Positions 50,650-63,658 of a DNA stretch of 64,000 nt are shown piece after piece (position 1 is the first letter of the stretch; the number at the start of each line of letters is the position of its first letter). Source of the stretch: Lama guanicoe (Eukaryota). The translations under genes and the position numbers were made by a program. Where the stretch lies: NCBI GenBank assembly GCA_013239625.1, contig MU054187.1:15038974-15102973 (forward strand), read 5' to 3'. The notes beneath the pieces are model-generated. The model ran no database searches. It had not been told where the DNA came from and worked only from the letters and a program-made list of their open reading frames with translations.

Positions 50650-51340
50650 AAGTTTGAAGATATATCCTGGAAAAAATTATTCTGTGGAAGTTTTGAAGCG
50701 GGCTATCATTTAGTAGTAAGAGCAGAACAGGTACTGAGAAAAAAGTAAGAATCATAAAAACATAGGAAATCTATGGATTCAAGGAGTGGGTGGTGGGGAA
50801 TGATGTGAGATGAAGGATGAGAGAGTCAAGTTTGAGGTGGATGACAAGTACTTTCGTTTTGGATATCTTGGACATGCTGTGTTTGGAGTGAAACATCAAA
50901 TTATGTTTGTCTAAACTGCTAGCTGGAAAAGTGGGTCCTGAATTCTGGAGAGAAGGACATGCCAGTTGGATGTCACAGGCACACAGATGGCAGCTAAGGT
51001 CAGGAAAGAAACTGAAGCCATTTAAGGAATTCCTGTACCATAAGAAGCCTGCGGACTAAACATGAGTAACAATCACACTCATCAGGTGAATGAGGGAAAT
51101 GGTGTCAGACATGAAGCATTTCCATGGGCATGAGGACAATCAAAGTGGTAGAGTTTTAAAGAGAAGTAAGTGATAAACAACCCTAAATGCCACGAGGAAC
51201 TTAAGATAATGGATGAGGAGTATTATTTGGATTTGAAAATGAATGAGATACTATGTTTCTGCCAGAGAAGTTTTGGTAGACTTTGGAGGGCAGAATCCAC
51301 CACCTGGCATTACAGGCATAAGTGGTAACTGGGGAAGCCG
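50650..51340 (-). mobile_element. L2 internal fragments
   Basis: tttcgttttggatatcttggacatgctgtgtttggagtg...aagtgggtcctgaattctggagagaagg. Confidence 0.6.
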
Positions 51341-51344
51341 GGGA

Positions 51345-51588
51345 GTGGAATACAATGGTTTCGAGTGTAGGTTAAAAAGCCAGAACGCCTTGGCCTGAAT
51401 CCCTCCTCTCCATTTCGTAGTTGTAGCCTTGGGCAAGTTATTAGCCTCTTTGCAATTCAAATTTCACATCTGGAAAATGCCAGTAGTGATGGTCGTGGGG
51501 ATCAAATGTGTTATTAGTACGTAAAACACTTAGAATTGTACCTGGCCTACAATAGGGCATAAAAATGTTAGCAGTTCCCATTATTATG
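51345..51588 (+). mobile_element. MIR SINE
   Basis: ccttggcctgaatccctcctctccatttcgtagttgtagccttgggcaagttattagcctct...aacacttagaattgtacctggc. Confidence 0.85.
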
Positions 51589-51625
51589 CTTTGAAGAAGC
51601 TCATCTGAGAGGGAAAGTTGAGAGC

Positions 51626-52219
51626 TGTATCAGTTTTTCATTGTCTCATGACAAATTATCACCAATTTTAGGCTTAAAACAAACACCACACTTATTATCT
51701 CATAGTCCTGTAGGTCAGGAGGCCAGGCAGAGCTTGACTGAGTTCTCTGTTTCTTGCAAGTGTGAAATCAGGGTATTGGCTGGGATGCATTTTTTTTCTG
51801 GATGCTCTAGAGAAGAATCTGCTTCTAAGCTCATTCAGGCCATTGTCAGGATTCAATTCCTTGTGGTTGTAGGACTGAGGTTCTTATTTCCTTGCTGGCT
51901 ATCAGACAGGGGCCACTCTCAGCAACTTGCCATGTGGCCTTCTCCATCTTCAGAGCCAGCATTAGAGAACTCATGCATTAGATCTCTCTCACTTCAAGTC
52001 CTTTTTTCACCAAAGAGCTCCATCCCTTTTAGGCGTTCACTTGATTAGGTCTTGTCCATTGAGGATAATCTTCCATTCTTAAAATCAACTTTACTACATA
52101 CATAAATGGATCTCAAGAGTAATGTTCTGTTATATTCACAAGTCTCTTCCACACTGAGATGGGAGATTATATGAAAGCATGGCCTGTTAGGGTTCATCTT
52201 AGAAAGTCTGCCTATCACA
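51626..52219 (-). mobile_element. MaLR MLT1E-like solo LTR
   Basis: tgtatcagttt...ggcttaaaacaa...gaagaatctgcttctaagctcattcagg...ttccttgtggttgtaggactgagg...catcttagaaagtctgcctatcaca. Confidence 0.85.
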
Positions 52220-52529
52220 GTTCAGAAGGTTAAATTTTGTGTGTGTTAGGTTGCTACATTTGCAGATAGAGGGAAAATTACCAGTGGAGAAGGAAATGTT
52301 AAAGACAATAGATAAAAAGGTAATTTTTTTTTCTAGTGTAACATCTTGAAAAGTGGTTAGACATGGGATTGAGGACAGAGGTGGATAGGTAACCCTGGGG
52401 AGGAGCAGAGACATTTCTGAATCAGTAGAGAAGGTGATTAGAACATACAGTATCATTGTATTTCTTGATGTTTAGCAAACAACATTAAAACTTGTGGTGT
52501 ATAAAAATGATCAATTATTTTTCATGCAT

Positions 52530-52760
52530 CCTCAGGGTCCAGATGATTTTGGCTGGGCTCACTCATGCATTGGTAGTTCAGTTGGCCCAATCACATGTCT
52601 GCATGTTGGCTCTGCTCCATTTGTCTCATTCTCTTTCTGGTATCAGCAGAAAGCCTTGGCAAGTCCTTCTCAAGAAGCACAAGAGCACAAACAAATACAC
52701 AGGCACTGGTACACTGTCACTTCTGCCTTATTGCCCCAAACTAGTCAACATCTAGCCTAC
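52530..52760 (-). mobile_element. Old MaLR LTR fragment (MLT1G/H-like)
   Basis: ttggctgggctcactcatgcat...actgtcacttctgcc. Confidence 0.55.
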
Positions 52761-53124
52761 TGTCGGAATACAAAGGCACCACAGAGACAAGGGGGCAGTG
52801 AAGAACTGATATCATCAATACAATCTAGCAGAGTGATAGGCAAGTTTGGAAGCAGAACTGTTAGGTGGTGATGAAATTCACACTGAATGGCATCTAAGTT
52901 TTTGGTGATATGAGAAGTCTATGGAATTCAATTTTTAAATTTGAACTTAAGGAGAAAAGTCATAATGGAAAAAAATTTCAAACTACTACAAGGTAGTAGT
53001 TTGGCTTGATTAAAGGAAGTATAAAGGGGATTTGTGGTAGATAAAGTGCAATGGTGTCCAGAGGCTAGATCAGAAAGCCATTTAATATTAAGATAATGTG
53101 CTGAATATTTCTCCTCTAGATGTA

Positions 53125-53567
53125 CTTTCTTCTTTTCTCTATTCATTGCCCCAGAAAGCTGCCCTATATGGATTGTTCTCCATTGGTCTCTGGGTTCTAT
53201 TCGGGTTCAGCCAACAGGAAGCCCTTGGGTGATCAGTACTGGGTAGGGGTTGATATCTGGGGTATGTTTTCTGGGTTCCTTCCCTGCTGGTTGAGTCACT
53301 CTGCAGAAGGCCACAGCTCCAGTAAGGCAGGCCTTCCCATATGTTACCACCTCTGGGTTCTGGTAATTTCTCCTTCCTCTTGTCTTTTCAGGATTAGGGA
53401 GAGTGAGGCTTTCCATTCTTGCTAGGCTTAAAGTGCTATGTTAAACTTGGTTGGTTTACATTCTTCCCACATTTAGTAAAATGTTTCTTCCCACATTTAG
53501 TAAAACTTTCCTCAGTGGTCCAGTCTGAATGTGTCATCTGTTTCCTGATGGGACTCTGACTAATACA
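53125..53567 (+). mobile_element. ERVL LTR33-like LTR
   Basis: gaaggccacagctcc...ctctgggttctggtaa, ending tgaatgtgtcatctgtttcctgatgggactctgactaataca. Confidence 0.8.
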
Positions 53568-53574
53568 GCTAAGG

Positions 53575-54390
53575 TCTTAGGACTTCATTTAGTAGGCAGC
53601 TAGGAGAGGGCTATGAACTAAGCCATACTGTGGGAAGACTAATATGGAAGCCACATATAGAATGTATTAGAGGAGGCAGGAGACCATATAGGAGACCAAA
53701 CCACTGTCCAGGGGAAAGGGTGTGAGGGTCTAAGCTGGAAATAGGGATGTGGGAACAGAAAGGAGGAATGAGAGTAAAAGCAACTGTGGATTCAGAATAG
53801 AACAGTGTCATGGTGTTTGGTAAGCATTTAGATGGTCAGAATGAAAGACTGTGATAGTTACATAACTTCCGGCCTTGGGAAAAAGGAGATTAGTAATACC
53901 TGTAAGAAGAACTACGGATTACAAGGGAACACAGTCTTCTGTTTTTGACATTTGGAATTTTCCATGTGATGTTCAGTGTCCTGTTAACTCAACCAAGGTT
54001 GAGTTTGGGAGACTGATCAGGGCTGAGAGTAATTGGGAAAGTCCATTTAGACTCAACACTTGAAGCCATTAAGGTAGGTAAGATTGCTTAGAACTAGAAT
54101 ACACAGAGAGAAGAGAGCAACAGAAAAAACAAAAACAAACCCAGAAAATAATGACATTGAGGAATGAGAAGAATAAGAGCTGCCAGTGATAAAAGAATGC
54201 ACAGAATTTAGGTTGAGAAGCAAGAGGGTATATTGTTTTGGAGAGCTTCAAAAAGGAGGGTGTTGATAAGTTTTTAATGTAGTGTCACTTCAGAAGGGTT
54301 GTGGGGGAAGCCAGGGCACAGTGCACTCAAAACTGATGAGAGTTAAAGAAGTAGAGCAACACATGTAGACTCTTCTTTCAGATGCTTGAT
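53575..54390 (-). mobile_element. L2 fragments
   Basis: ttcatttagtaggcagctagggagag...gatcagggctgagagtaattgggaaagtca-like motifs. Confidence 0.6.
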
Positions 54391-54393
54391 TCC

Positions 54394-54613
54394 TAAGGTC
54401 TCAAGCCTTTCCTGTGAAGGACCAGATAGAAAATATTTTAGACCCTGTGGGCTGCAAGATCCCTCTTAAAACCACCCAACTCTGCCACTGTGTGAAATCA
54501 GCCATAGAAAATCCATAAACAAAGGGCTTAAGCTGTCTTACAATTAAAGTTTATTTACAAAAACAGATGGAAGGTAGAATTTAGACTATTGGTTATAGTT
54601 TACTAACCTCTGG
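54394..54613. mobile_element. MER58A-like hAT MITE
   Basis: cctgtgaaggaccagatagaaaatattttagac...caactctgccactgt...tttatttacaaaaacagatgg...atagtttactaacctctg. Confidence 0.85.
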
Positions 54614-56643
54614 ATAAAGGTAAGAAGAATGTTCAGCAATTGTAAAAGAAAGTGCAGGAGTTATGAAGATAAATCAGGGATTAGGGAAGAGTTTTATTAT
54701 TTTATATATGAGAGAGGGTAATTAAGTTGAGATATGGGGGAAGAATCTTATAGAAAGACAAAGGGCAAAAAATACATGGTCGAGGCTTCATGTGGAAATA
54801 CAATTTCTGAGACTGGAAGGGAAAGAGGGAGGAGAGAAGCAGATAGACTACTAATTTTACTTCAGCTTAGTATTTATTTCAGCATTTGAAGGGATATACC
54901 TTGCAATAAACTCAGTTTTTAGGGGTAAGGAAGTTTTTGTTATTTTTTTCTTTGTTTTTGTTTTATTTTAAAGGCCAAGTGTCCTAGCATGGGTTTTTTT
55001 TCTCTCATTAAGACTATGGGTCTGGGGTGCCACTTACTCAAGGACATTCTTAAGTACAAACATCTTCTTCTTATTTTGTTTTCATACGTCTTTATACTAT
55101 AATCTATTTCAACTGAAAGATCATTTGAGTTGTGTGTTTTTTTTTTATAATATACTTTCACACTTGTGGGCAAATAAACTACAGAAACATGGGAGAGTAT
55201 TAGTAATTCATGTCCATAAAATTTATAATGTCTTCTGAATTGTTGCTCTTCATCTTGCTTCTTTGTCCATATTCTCTATGGCTTTCATGTCATTCAATAA
55301 ATATATTCCTATATAAAAAAACTTGGTCAATGGAACTTTGTGTTTACATCTATTGGAGGAATAGTTTTTTGAAGATAAATTATTTAGAAAATTCACCAAG
55401 TCCTCTAATTTACCTGTTTTGAATGCTTTTCTATCTATAGACTTTTTTGAATTGGCTTCTCTTCAGTTGAGGCACACTGTCCAAATTTTTGCTTATTTCA
55501 TATTTTTTCTTTTCTATTACCAGTTGCACATCTCAGGATGGGGTTAAAGTAGAGAAAAATTTAAAAAGAGAAAATAAGGAATGAGCCCATTCATAATAAA
55601 TTTTCAGTTTGTGCTAAAGAATAACTTCTAGACTTGAATTTCAGACAACTAAATACTTATGGAGATCTTGGGATGTTAGTTGGGAATTTCTCTTCAAAAT
55701 AGATCTACAGTATATTACCTGGATCAGCAAATCTAAGATTTGCTCTTTATCTCTTTAGTTCATCCTCAAGGGGCAAACTACTCCAAGGAGAGAAGTGTCA
55801 TACAGAACTTTTGCTAATGGTTTTTTCACATGTGTGCCCAGCACAATCAGTAAAAGTCACTATGACACACGTTTGTTTGACCGAAGCACAGTTTAACTTC
55901 CATCTCTATAATGAAATGGTTTTCATATGTGGAGATATTTCTTTTCTCAATTATTACTTGCTAAAACCAATCTTCATTACTTAAGACAAAATCTTTGGTC
56001 AAAGCTTAAGCTCTCATTCAGGAACATGAGCCCCTTTGCCATTTTGTATGGTGTCTGTTAGTAAATCTGAACTCTGTATCTTGGAATCACTTTTCTCCTA
56101 TATGGCACATGGAATTCAACTTAGAGTGGAAACAAAGACTCACTAAACCATCTGTTGAAAATTCTAAATGATCCAAAAGTTAAAAAAAAGTTGAGGAATT
56201 CTGGACTGGAGCACACATCTTTCCCACGTGTGAGGTAATATAATGTGCGATACTATGTGGAGACTAATTCAAGCTCATGTGACTGGTTGGATCTGGCAAG
56301 ACTTACTTTAAATATAGGGTTAAAAATATGTTTCCAGGTCCAAATATATGGAGGAGATAATATATAGCTAGCCATGCCAAAACCATTTGCAATGAAAAAA
56401 GTATAGTTTCAAAAAATGTATGTAACCCTCCAATGAGAAGTGGTTTAGAACAATGAGAAGCATTTTTTTTTCTGTGTGAGAGCAATGAGGTAATTGTGAA
56501 ATGCTCTATGTTAACTCTGGGATCTTGGACAGGAGACAACACTATGAGACTTCATAACTGTCTACAGGAAAAATAATGTCTTCAGTAGTTACCAGTGTAA
56601 CAGAAAGATCAAAATCTGCTGATATGTTTGATAAATTATGTTT

Positions 56644-56644
<1 letters not shown>

Positions 56645-56704
<60 letters not shown>

Positions 56705-56735
56705 ATCTGTCTATCATCTATCATCTATCTATCTA
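56645..56735. repeat. (TATC)n compound tetranucleotide microsatellite
   Basis: About 15 perfect TATC units (56645-56704) followed by variant units. Confidence 0.97.
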
Positions 56736-57110
56736 CCCAGGGACATTTACAGAGCATCCATGAAGCACTGTGCTAGGATTCATAGGCTTAGTATAAACAG
56801 AAAAATAATATATCTTACTTTCAAGAATTTATGATTTCATATGGTCAGTGTGTGTGTGAAATAAATTTGTAAACAAATAAATACAACCTATTAAATGTAT
56901 GTAAAAAGGATACAGTAGAGATTTTAAGTGGTCATTCAGTTGTAGAAGCCAAGAAAGGATTTCTACAGAAAATGATCTGAGTAGGTGTTACCAGAAAGAG
57001 GAAAATAAGGGTGGTGCTGGTAGAGATTCCTTCAGTGAGAGGCCAATATAAACAAAGGTGTATATGCAGGAGATAACATGGCTCAGTAGAAGAAGTACAA
57101 AACTGCACAA
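56736..57110 (-). mobile_element. L2 3' portion
   Basis: acatttacagagcatccatgaagcactgtgctaggatt...tcttactttcaagaatttatg. Confidence 0.7.
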
Positions 57111-59026
57111 GTAGGTTTTCTGTTCTTGACTAAAAATTTGTATTAGATACTTAAATAGATATAATGGTGATATTGTGAAGTCAAATACCATTAAAACCAA
57201 AGGGTGATGAAATCTTTATGAGAGCATATAGAATATATTGACTTTTATAGTTACCTTCTCTGGATATATTCTAAATGGAAACCAATAGTGCAAAGAGTGA
57301 GACTGGGAATACATTTCATGATATGGTAAGGAGTTACGGGTAGGGTCTCTTAAGAATGATTTGGTGTATAAAAGATGCCATTTATTATATTTGTGTGGGA
57401 AAGAAAATATATTTAGAAAGAATTTAAAATTACTTTTAAGGCATTCATTTGCTGCAACTACATATGTGAAAAAAATTATGGATTTTTCAGAAAAAATACT
57501 TAAATTACCAAAATAGTTTAAACTACTGTGATGAATGTTTTCTCCTTCTTGTGCAGCTGCTCACGGTGGCTCCCATGAAACAGTTCAGTAGAATGTCTTT
57601 ACTTGATGCCTGAAAAAATGTCCTATGAAATCTTGTTAAATTGCATCGTGTACCTAACAGGTGGCAGACATTTTTACTTAAAATCCCTTCCTGCATTGAC
57701 TATTGTATTTCCAATTCTAATAATTTCCCCCCAAGTCTCAGGGGATTCTATATATTAAACTAGAGTCCATTTCTCAAAGAAAAAGGACTGTATTGTCTAC
57801 CACCTGTGTTTCTAATCTTCTTTTCCAGAAAAATATTCATTTTAATTTGTCCCCTGAGTTTTGAGTATTCTCCAGGATTTCTCCATTCCCTCCTTATGAC
57901 CACATGTCCACCTACTTATACTTCTATTCTATTATTGCTAGTTCTTTAAGCTCATCCTTTCTGGTTCATTCCCATGGCTTCCTAGTTGTTTGGGTCACTT
58001 TTTCTTGTGCCCAGTTTTCATCTAACTTGGACCTTGGTCATTTACAACTGAGTCACTAAGTTACTTCCTTTTCTTAAACATCATATTTAAAACAGACCCA
58101 TCATGGGAAAGATTAGTTCAAAGAGGAAGCATGTCATTTTCTAAATTGGTAAGGTCAAGTTCCCCCTTAGGATTTAAAATCCTTCAAATTCTATTTTCTT
58201 ATTTTCTTAACCTTTTGGAGATAAAGATAGAGGTAAAGTGCACCTTAAAAAATGAGAATTTTGTTAAGTGGTAATCACAGTTCCTCTAACATTTTTAATT
58301 AAGGTCCATTTCTACTCTTCTTTCCAAATTAATTTGTAAAAGCTATTTTGGAATAGTTTGCTTTGTTATTAAAAAGCTGTATCATTTTGATGTATTTGCC
58401 ACATTGACCTTTGTAAATCACAGAAATTCATTCAGGTTAGCTTAATGTTTTTTAAATTGAGGGGTAAGAAAGAGATTAAACAAGGGAGCTATCTTATTAA
58501 ACTCAAGAAGATCATCTCAGTTTCACAAGGGACTAAAATCAGGAGCTGGAGGATGTCAAGAATCAAAGTTACTTTCTCTGTGTGACATGATTATTCATAA
58601 TTGCTCCTCTCTGCTTTTCTCATCTCAGTTTCCTTTCATCCTTCAGACTGGGTTTTTTTTTTTTAATTACCTGTGTACATTACAGAAAATATCTGCTTCA
58701 CCCTTTCATGATTTCCCTTGCCAGGAGTACAACAGAAGCTAATAAGTCATTATGTGAAAAATCCCAATAATAAAATGTTGTAAATAATTTAGAATTTGGG
58801 TATAAAAGAGAAAACTTCATAAAAGCAGAATTGAAAATAGGCTGGGGAAATTTAACACAGGAGGCAGCAGTAATATGGAATAAACTACACATTTACAGAA
58901 CGGACATACTTCTAAACTGTGATGAGAGGGTTGGAAACCCTAGTCAATTTAGGTTTTTGAGAGTAGGGTTCACTTGAAATATTGGTGTTTTGATTACTTA
59001 CAGTCGTGCTTACAGTGGCATGTGAA

Positions 59027-62000
59027 TAGAGAGGCCAGCTGACCCTCTGTCTGTCTTCAGAGCATCATTTGTGGCCCCAATTGGGGTGTGTTGTGTCCTT
59101 CCTGGGTAGTGAAGCTAATTCATAGCCCTGCCTACTGCCAAGAGTAGTACCCAGTCTTGACCATCTAGGAAGCCTAGAGAGAATCTAGACAACTGTGGAA
59201 CCCGATGTATAGTTTTTTGGGTAGGAAACCAAGCCAGCAGTCCTATCCAGCTGTTCCCAGCAGATGGCACCCTCTTTTCCAACCTCAGCTTGTGCAGTGT
59301 CCTTGCCTAAAATAGACTCCAATAGCGAGCCCTACCTGCCCAAGGATACTATCAGCTGACATGTTCAGAAACCCAAGCTGAGTTGACAGGTGAAGGACTA
59401 TCTTGGCCAAAGAAAATGTGTAAAGTCTGGAAGAGGAGACCACTTACTCAAATATACAAATACTAACATAAGGAATCAGGGATCACAGAAAATCAGGTTA
59501 AACATAAAACCACCAAAGGAAACTAACAAAGCTTAAATAAATAGCCCTAAAGAGGTGGAGATCTATGAATTATCTGACAAAGAATTCTGAATAATCCTCT
59601 TGAAGAAAATTTTAAACTACAAGAACACACAGAGAGACATCTATAAAAAATAAAGAAAACAATGCATGAACTAAATGATACAAAAAAGGTTATAATATAA
59701 CAATGAAGGGGTCAATCCACCAAGAAGTTACGATTATAAATATTTATGTGCCTGACATTGGACCATCTTAATCTTAATAAAGCAAATACTAACAGAATTA
59801 AAGCAGAAATAAACAGCAATAAAATAATGATTGTGGATTAATATTCTACTCTCAACAATGGATAGATCATCTAACCAGAAAATCAACAATGGATAGATCA
59901 TCTAGCCAGTAAGGAAACAATGGTTTGAACAATACTACAAAGAAAATGACCCTAACAGACATATACAGAACATTCAATAAGAGCAATAGCAGAAAACACA
60001 TACTTCTCGAGAGCCCATAGGACACTTTCTAGAATAGATCAAATGTTAGGCCACAAAACTAGTCTTGGAAAATTTAACAGGACTGAAATCATACCTTATA
60101 TATTTTCTGATCACAACAGTATGAAACTAGAAATCAGTAATAGGAGGAAAGCTGGAAAATTCACAAATCTATGGAAACTAAAGAACATACTCCTGAACAA
60201 CCAATGGATAAAGAAAAATGAAAAGGAAAATAAAAAAGTATTTTAAGACAAAGGAAAATGGAAACACAACATACCAAAACTTACGGGATTCAGCAAAAGC
60301 AGTTGTAAGAGGGACTTTTACAGATATAAATGCATATATCAAGAATATAGAAAGAGCTCAACCTAAATTTACATGAAAGGAACTAGGAGAAGAACATATA
60401 AGCCAAAATCAGCAAAAGTCAGGAAGTAATAAATATTAGAGCAGAAATATATGAAGTAGAAAACAGGAAAACAATAGAAAAGATGAACAAAACTGAGTCG
60501 GTTCTTTTAAAAGATAAACAAAATTGACAAATCATCAGTTAGACTAATGAAGGAAAAAGAGAAAAGACACAAATCAATACAGTTATAAATGAAAGAGAAG
60601 ATACAACTGATACCACAGAAATACAAGGGATCATAAGAGACTATGATGAGTAACCATACACCAACACACTGGATAGACTAGAAGAAATGGACACATTCCT
60701 AGAAGCATACAACTTACCAAGACTGAATCAGGAAGAAATAGAAAATCTGAGATGACCAATAACACACAGGATATTGAACACAAAACCTTCTAACAAACAA
60801 AAGCTCTTGACCATATGACTTCACTGGTAAATTTTACCAAACACTTAAAGAAGAATTAATGCCAGTGCTTCTCAAACTTTCAAAAAATTGAAGAGGAGAG
60901 TACACTTCCAAACTCATTTTATATGAGGCCACCATTACCCTGAAACCAAAGCCAGATAAAGACAATACAAGAAAAGAAAACTATGAGTACTGACCTGTAG
61001 GATGAATACTGATGCAAAAATTCTCAGTAAAATACTGGTACAACAAATTCAGCAGCACGTTAAAAGAGTCATATGCTATGATGAAGTGGTTTCATCCCTT
61101 GGATGCAAGAAGGGTTCAACATTATACAAATAAATAAATATGATACATCACACGAACAGAATGAAAGAGAAAAATCATATGATCACGTCAAAAGATGCAG
61201 AAGAGTATGTGACAAGATACAACATCCACCTGCAATAAAAACTTTCAACAAATTAGGTATAGAAGGGATGTACTTCAATATTAAAAAGGCCATTTATGAC
61301 CTTTTTAATTCACCCCTAACATCGTATTCAATGGTGAAAGTTTGAAAGACTTTCCTCCAAGAATGGGAACAAGACAATTGTATGTATTCTCACCACTCCT
61401 ATTCAACATTTGATTTGGAATTCCTAGCCAGAGCACTCAGGCAAAAATAAGAAATAAAAGGCATTAGAATTGGAAAGGGAAAAAGAAAAATTGTCTCTAT
61501 TTGCAGATGACATAAATTTATATATGAAAAGTTCTAAAAACTCCACTAAAAAACTGCTAGATTTAGTCAATAAATTTTGTAAAGTTCCATGACACCAACT
61601 CAACACCCAAAGTTCAACTGCATTTCTAAACATTAACAACAAATTATTTGAAAAACAAATAAACAATCCCATTTACAAGAATATAAAATAAAACCCCAAC
61701 AAAATACTTAGGAATAGATTTAACCAATAAGGTTAAGATCTCTACACTGAAAACTATAAGACATTGATGGAAGAAACTGAAGAAGGAAATAAATGGAAAG
61801 ATATCCTGTGTTCATGGACTGGAAGAATTAATATTGTTAAAAGGCCCTTACTTTCCAAGACATTTTTAGATTCAATGCAACCTGTTAAAATTCCAATGGC
61901 ATTTTTCAAGAAATTAAAAAAAATAATTTGTATGGAACTACAAAGAATCCTGAATAGTCAAAGTAGGCTTGAGAAAGAAGAGCAAAGCTGTGGACCCTCG

Positions 62001-62175
62001 TTTCCTGATTTCTACATTATAAAGTTACAGTAATCAAAACAGTATGGCAATAGCATTAAAATGGAGTCACATACCAACAGAACAGTATCCAGAGCCCAGA
62101 AATAAACCCATGCATTTATGGTAACTAATATTTGGTGAGGGAATCAAGAAAACACAATGGAGAACAACATTTCCT
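59027..62175 (+). mobile_element. Large decayed L1 (5'UTR, start of ORF1, internal deletion, ORF2 endonuclease and RT), lacking its 3' end
   Basis: 5'UTR and ORF1 start are homologous to the L1 at 34.1 kb. ORF2 motifs: MLGHKTSLGKF..SDHNSMKLEI, RT LSLFADDI at 61491-61514, KWKDILCSWTGRINIVK. Many frameshifts and stops. Confidence 0.95.
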
Positions 62176-63029
62176 CTGGGTGAAAATATTTGTTTCTTTA
62201 CAAGATTTTTTTTTTCCTATTCTCAACAATGTATCAATGATTGTTATGGTGGAAAATTATTTTCCAGTTTAGCCACTGCCATCAATTTAAATTCTTGTTG
62301 ATATAAAGTTCAAAACAAAGAATTGTTTTAACTTGACTCTAGTAAGAGTTTTAACTTTGATTTCAGCAAGTAAAACACAAATGGGAAAAATAATTTGGTC
62401 AAAGGTAGGAGAGAAGAAATAAAAGGAGCAGAAGCCAGAGAATAGGTTAACTTTTACACTAACAACCTATCACTAAAATATAAGTTTTCCACATATGTTG
62501 ACTTTCTAAAATTCAGCTGAATTTGTTTTGAATTTTCAACAAAATTATAGACCCTCTCCACCAAATATATTAGGCATCTAAATTGCTGAAATAGAATTTT
62601 TCAGGAAATATATAATTTATATATCATCCATGTAAATATTATTTTATATGTAACAAAATAACATTGAAAAGACCCATTCTTCAAGAGTTTCCTAGTATAC
62701 TTATTTTATGTGTTTCTCAGTTTTCACACTGATAGTTTTTGCTGCAAAGTTTTATATTTGTTAAATTATTTGAATAGGTTTTTAAATTTTCCTAGTTAGT
62801 CAGATAGTATAACCACAGTTTTAGTTTCATCAACTAGGAAAAGCCTATTATATTACCAGGGTTCATTTGGCTTAAATCACATTCCTATTAATTCATCCTG
62901 TATAGCTAATTTCAAACTTTTAGCTTATACCTGAAGTTCAAAATTAGCATCATTGTATTTTTTTACATATTTTACAGTAGCTAAAGTTTTGCATGCTTAT
63001 GTTTAATTAACAAATATATGCACTGCATG

Positions 63030-63440
63030 TTTTATAAACAAATCATTTTTTCCAGGTATTTTAAGAACCATGAAGATAAATTAGACATGGATCCAGCTCT
63101 CCAAAGGCAGACAACATTTAGGGAAAACAAGCCTTGTATAAATAAAATTAATGCAAAGTGAATATTGAAATGTACCATAGAATATAAGGTGATATCAGAA
63201 CAGAGAGGATTTTAATATGCCTGGAAGCATAAAACAATGTGCTTGGAAGACATCCTCTATGAGCACATCCTTAAAAGTGTAGTTAGGATTGTAACTGGTG
63301 ATGAGGCAAGTGCTTTCCAGTTGAGTAAACAGAATGGGCAAAGAGAATTGGCAAAAGAATTCCATGGTATTCTCTGAGGAAAAAAATGAACAATTCTTCA
63401 AGCAAATATGGGAAGATAAGGTAGGACACTGGATTAGGTT
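63030..63440 (-). mobile_element. L2 3' portion
   Basis: aaattagacatggatccagctctccaaagg...tttccagttgagtaaacagaatgggcaaaga. Confidence 0.65.
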
Positions 63441-63444
63441 AATA

Positions 63445-63658
63445 CAGTGGTGTGCTAGAGTTGGCTGGTATTGCCTTGAGAGAGCTAGCTGTTAAATTTT
63501 AGAAAATTTTGTGAGACAACTGACATCATTTTGGTAGCTTAAAACCCGCCACGATGGTGGGCGTATTTACACCACGGAAATTGTCAGATGCTACAAATCA
63601 GGGCTGGGATTGTTTGGTCCAAAGAGGTGGTTGTTGAACATTTGCCAGCATACCACTA
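63445..63658. mobile_element. MER63A-like hAT DNA transposon
   Basis: Terminal inverted repeats cagtggtgtgctag / ccagcataccacta, with internal tgttaaattttagaaaattttgtgag and atttacaccacggaaattg. Confidence 0.8.

Noticed and set aside
34122..62175. Active L1 or other functional reverse-transcriptase system
   Set aside because: Both large L1s have numerous frameshifts and stops and lack 3' ends. The FADD motif at 61500-61511 sits in a broken frame.
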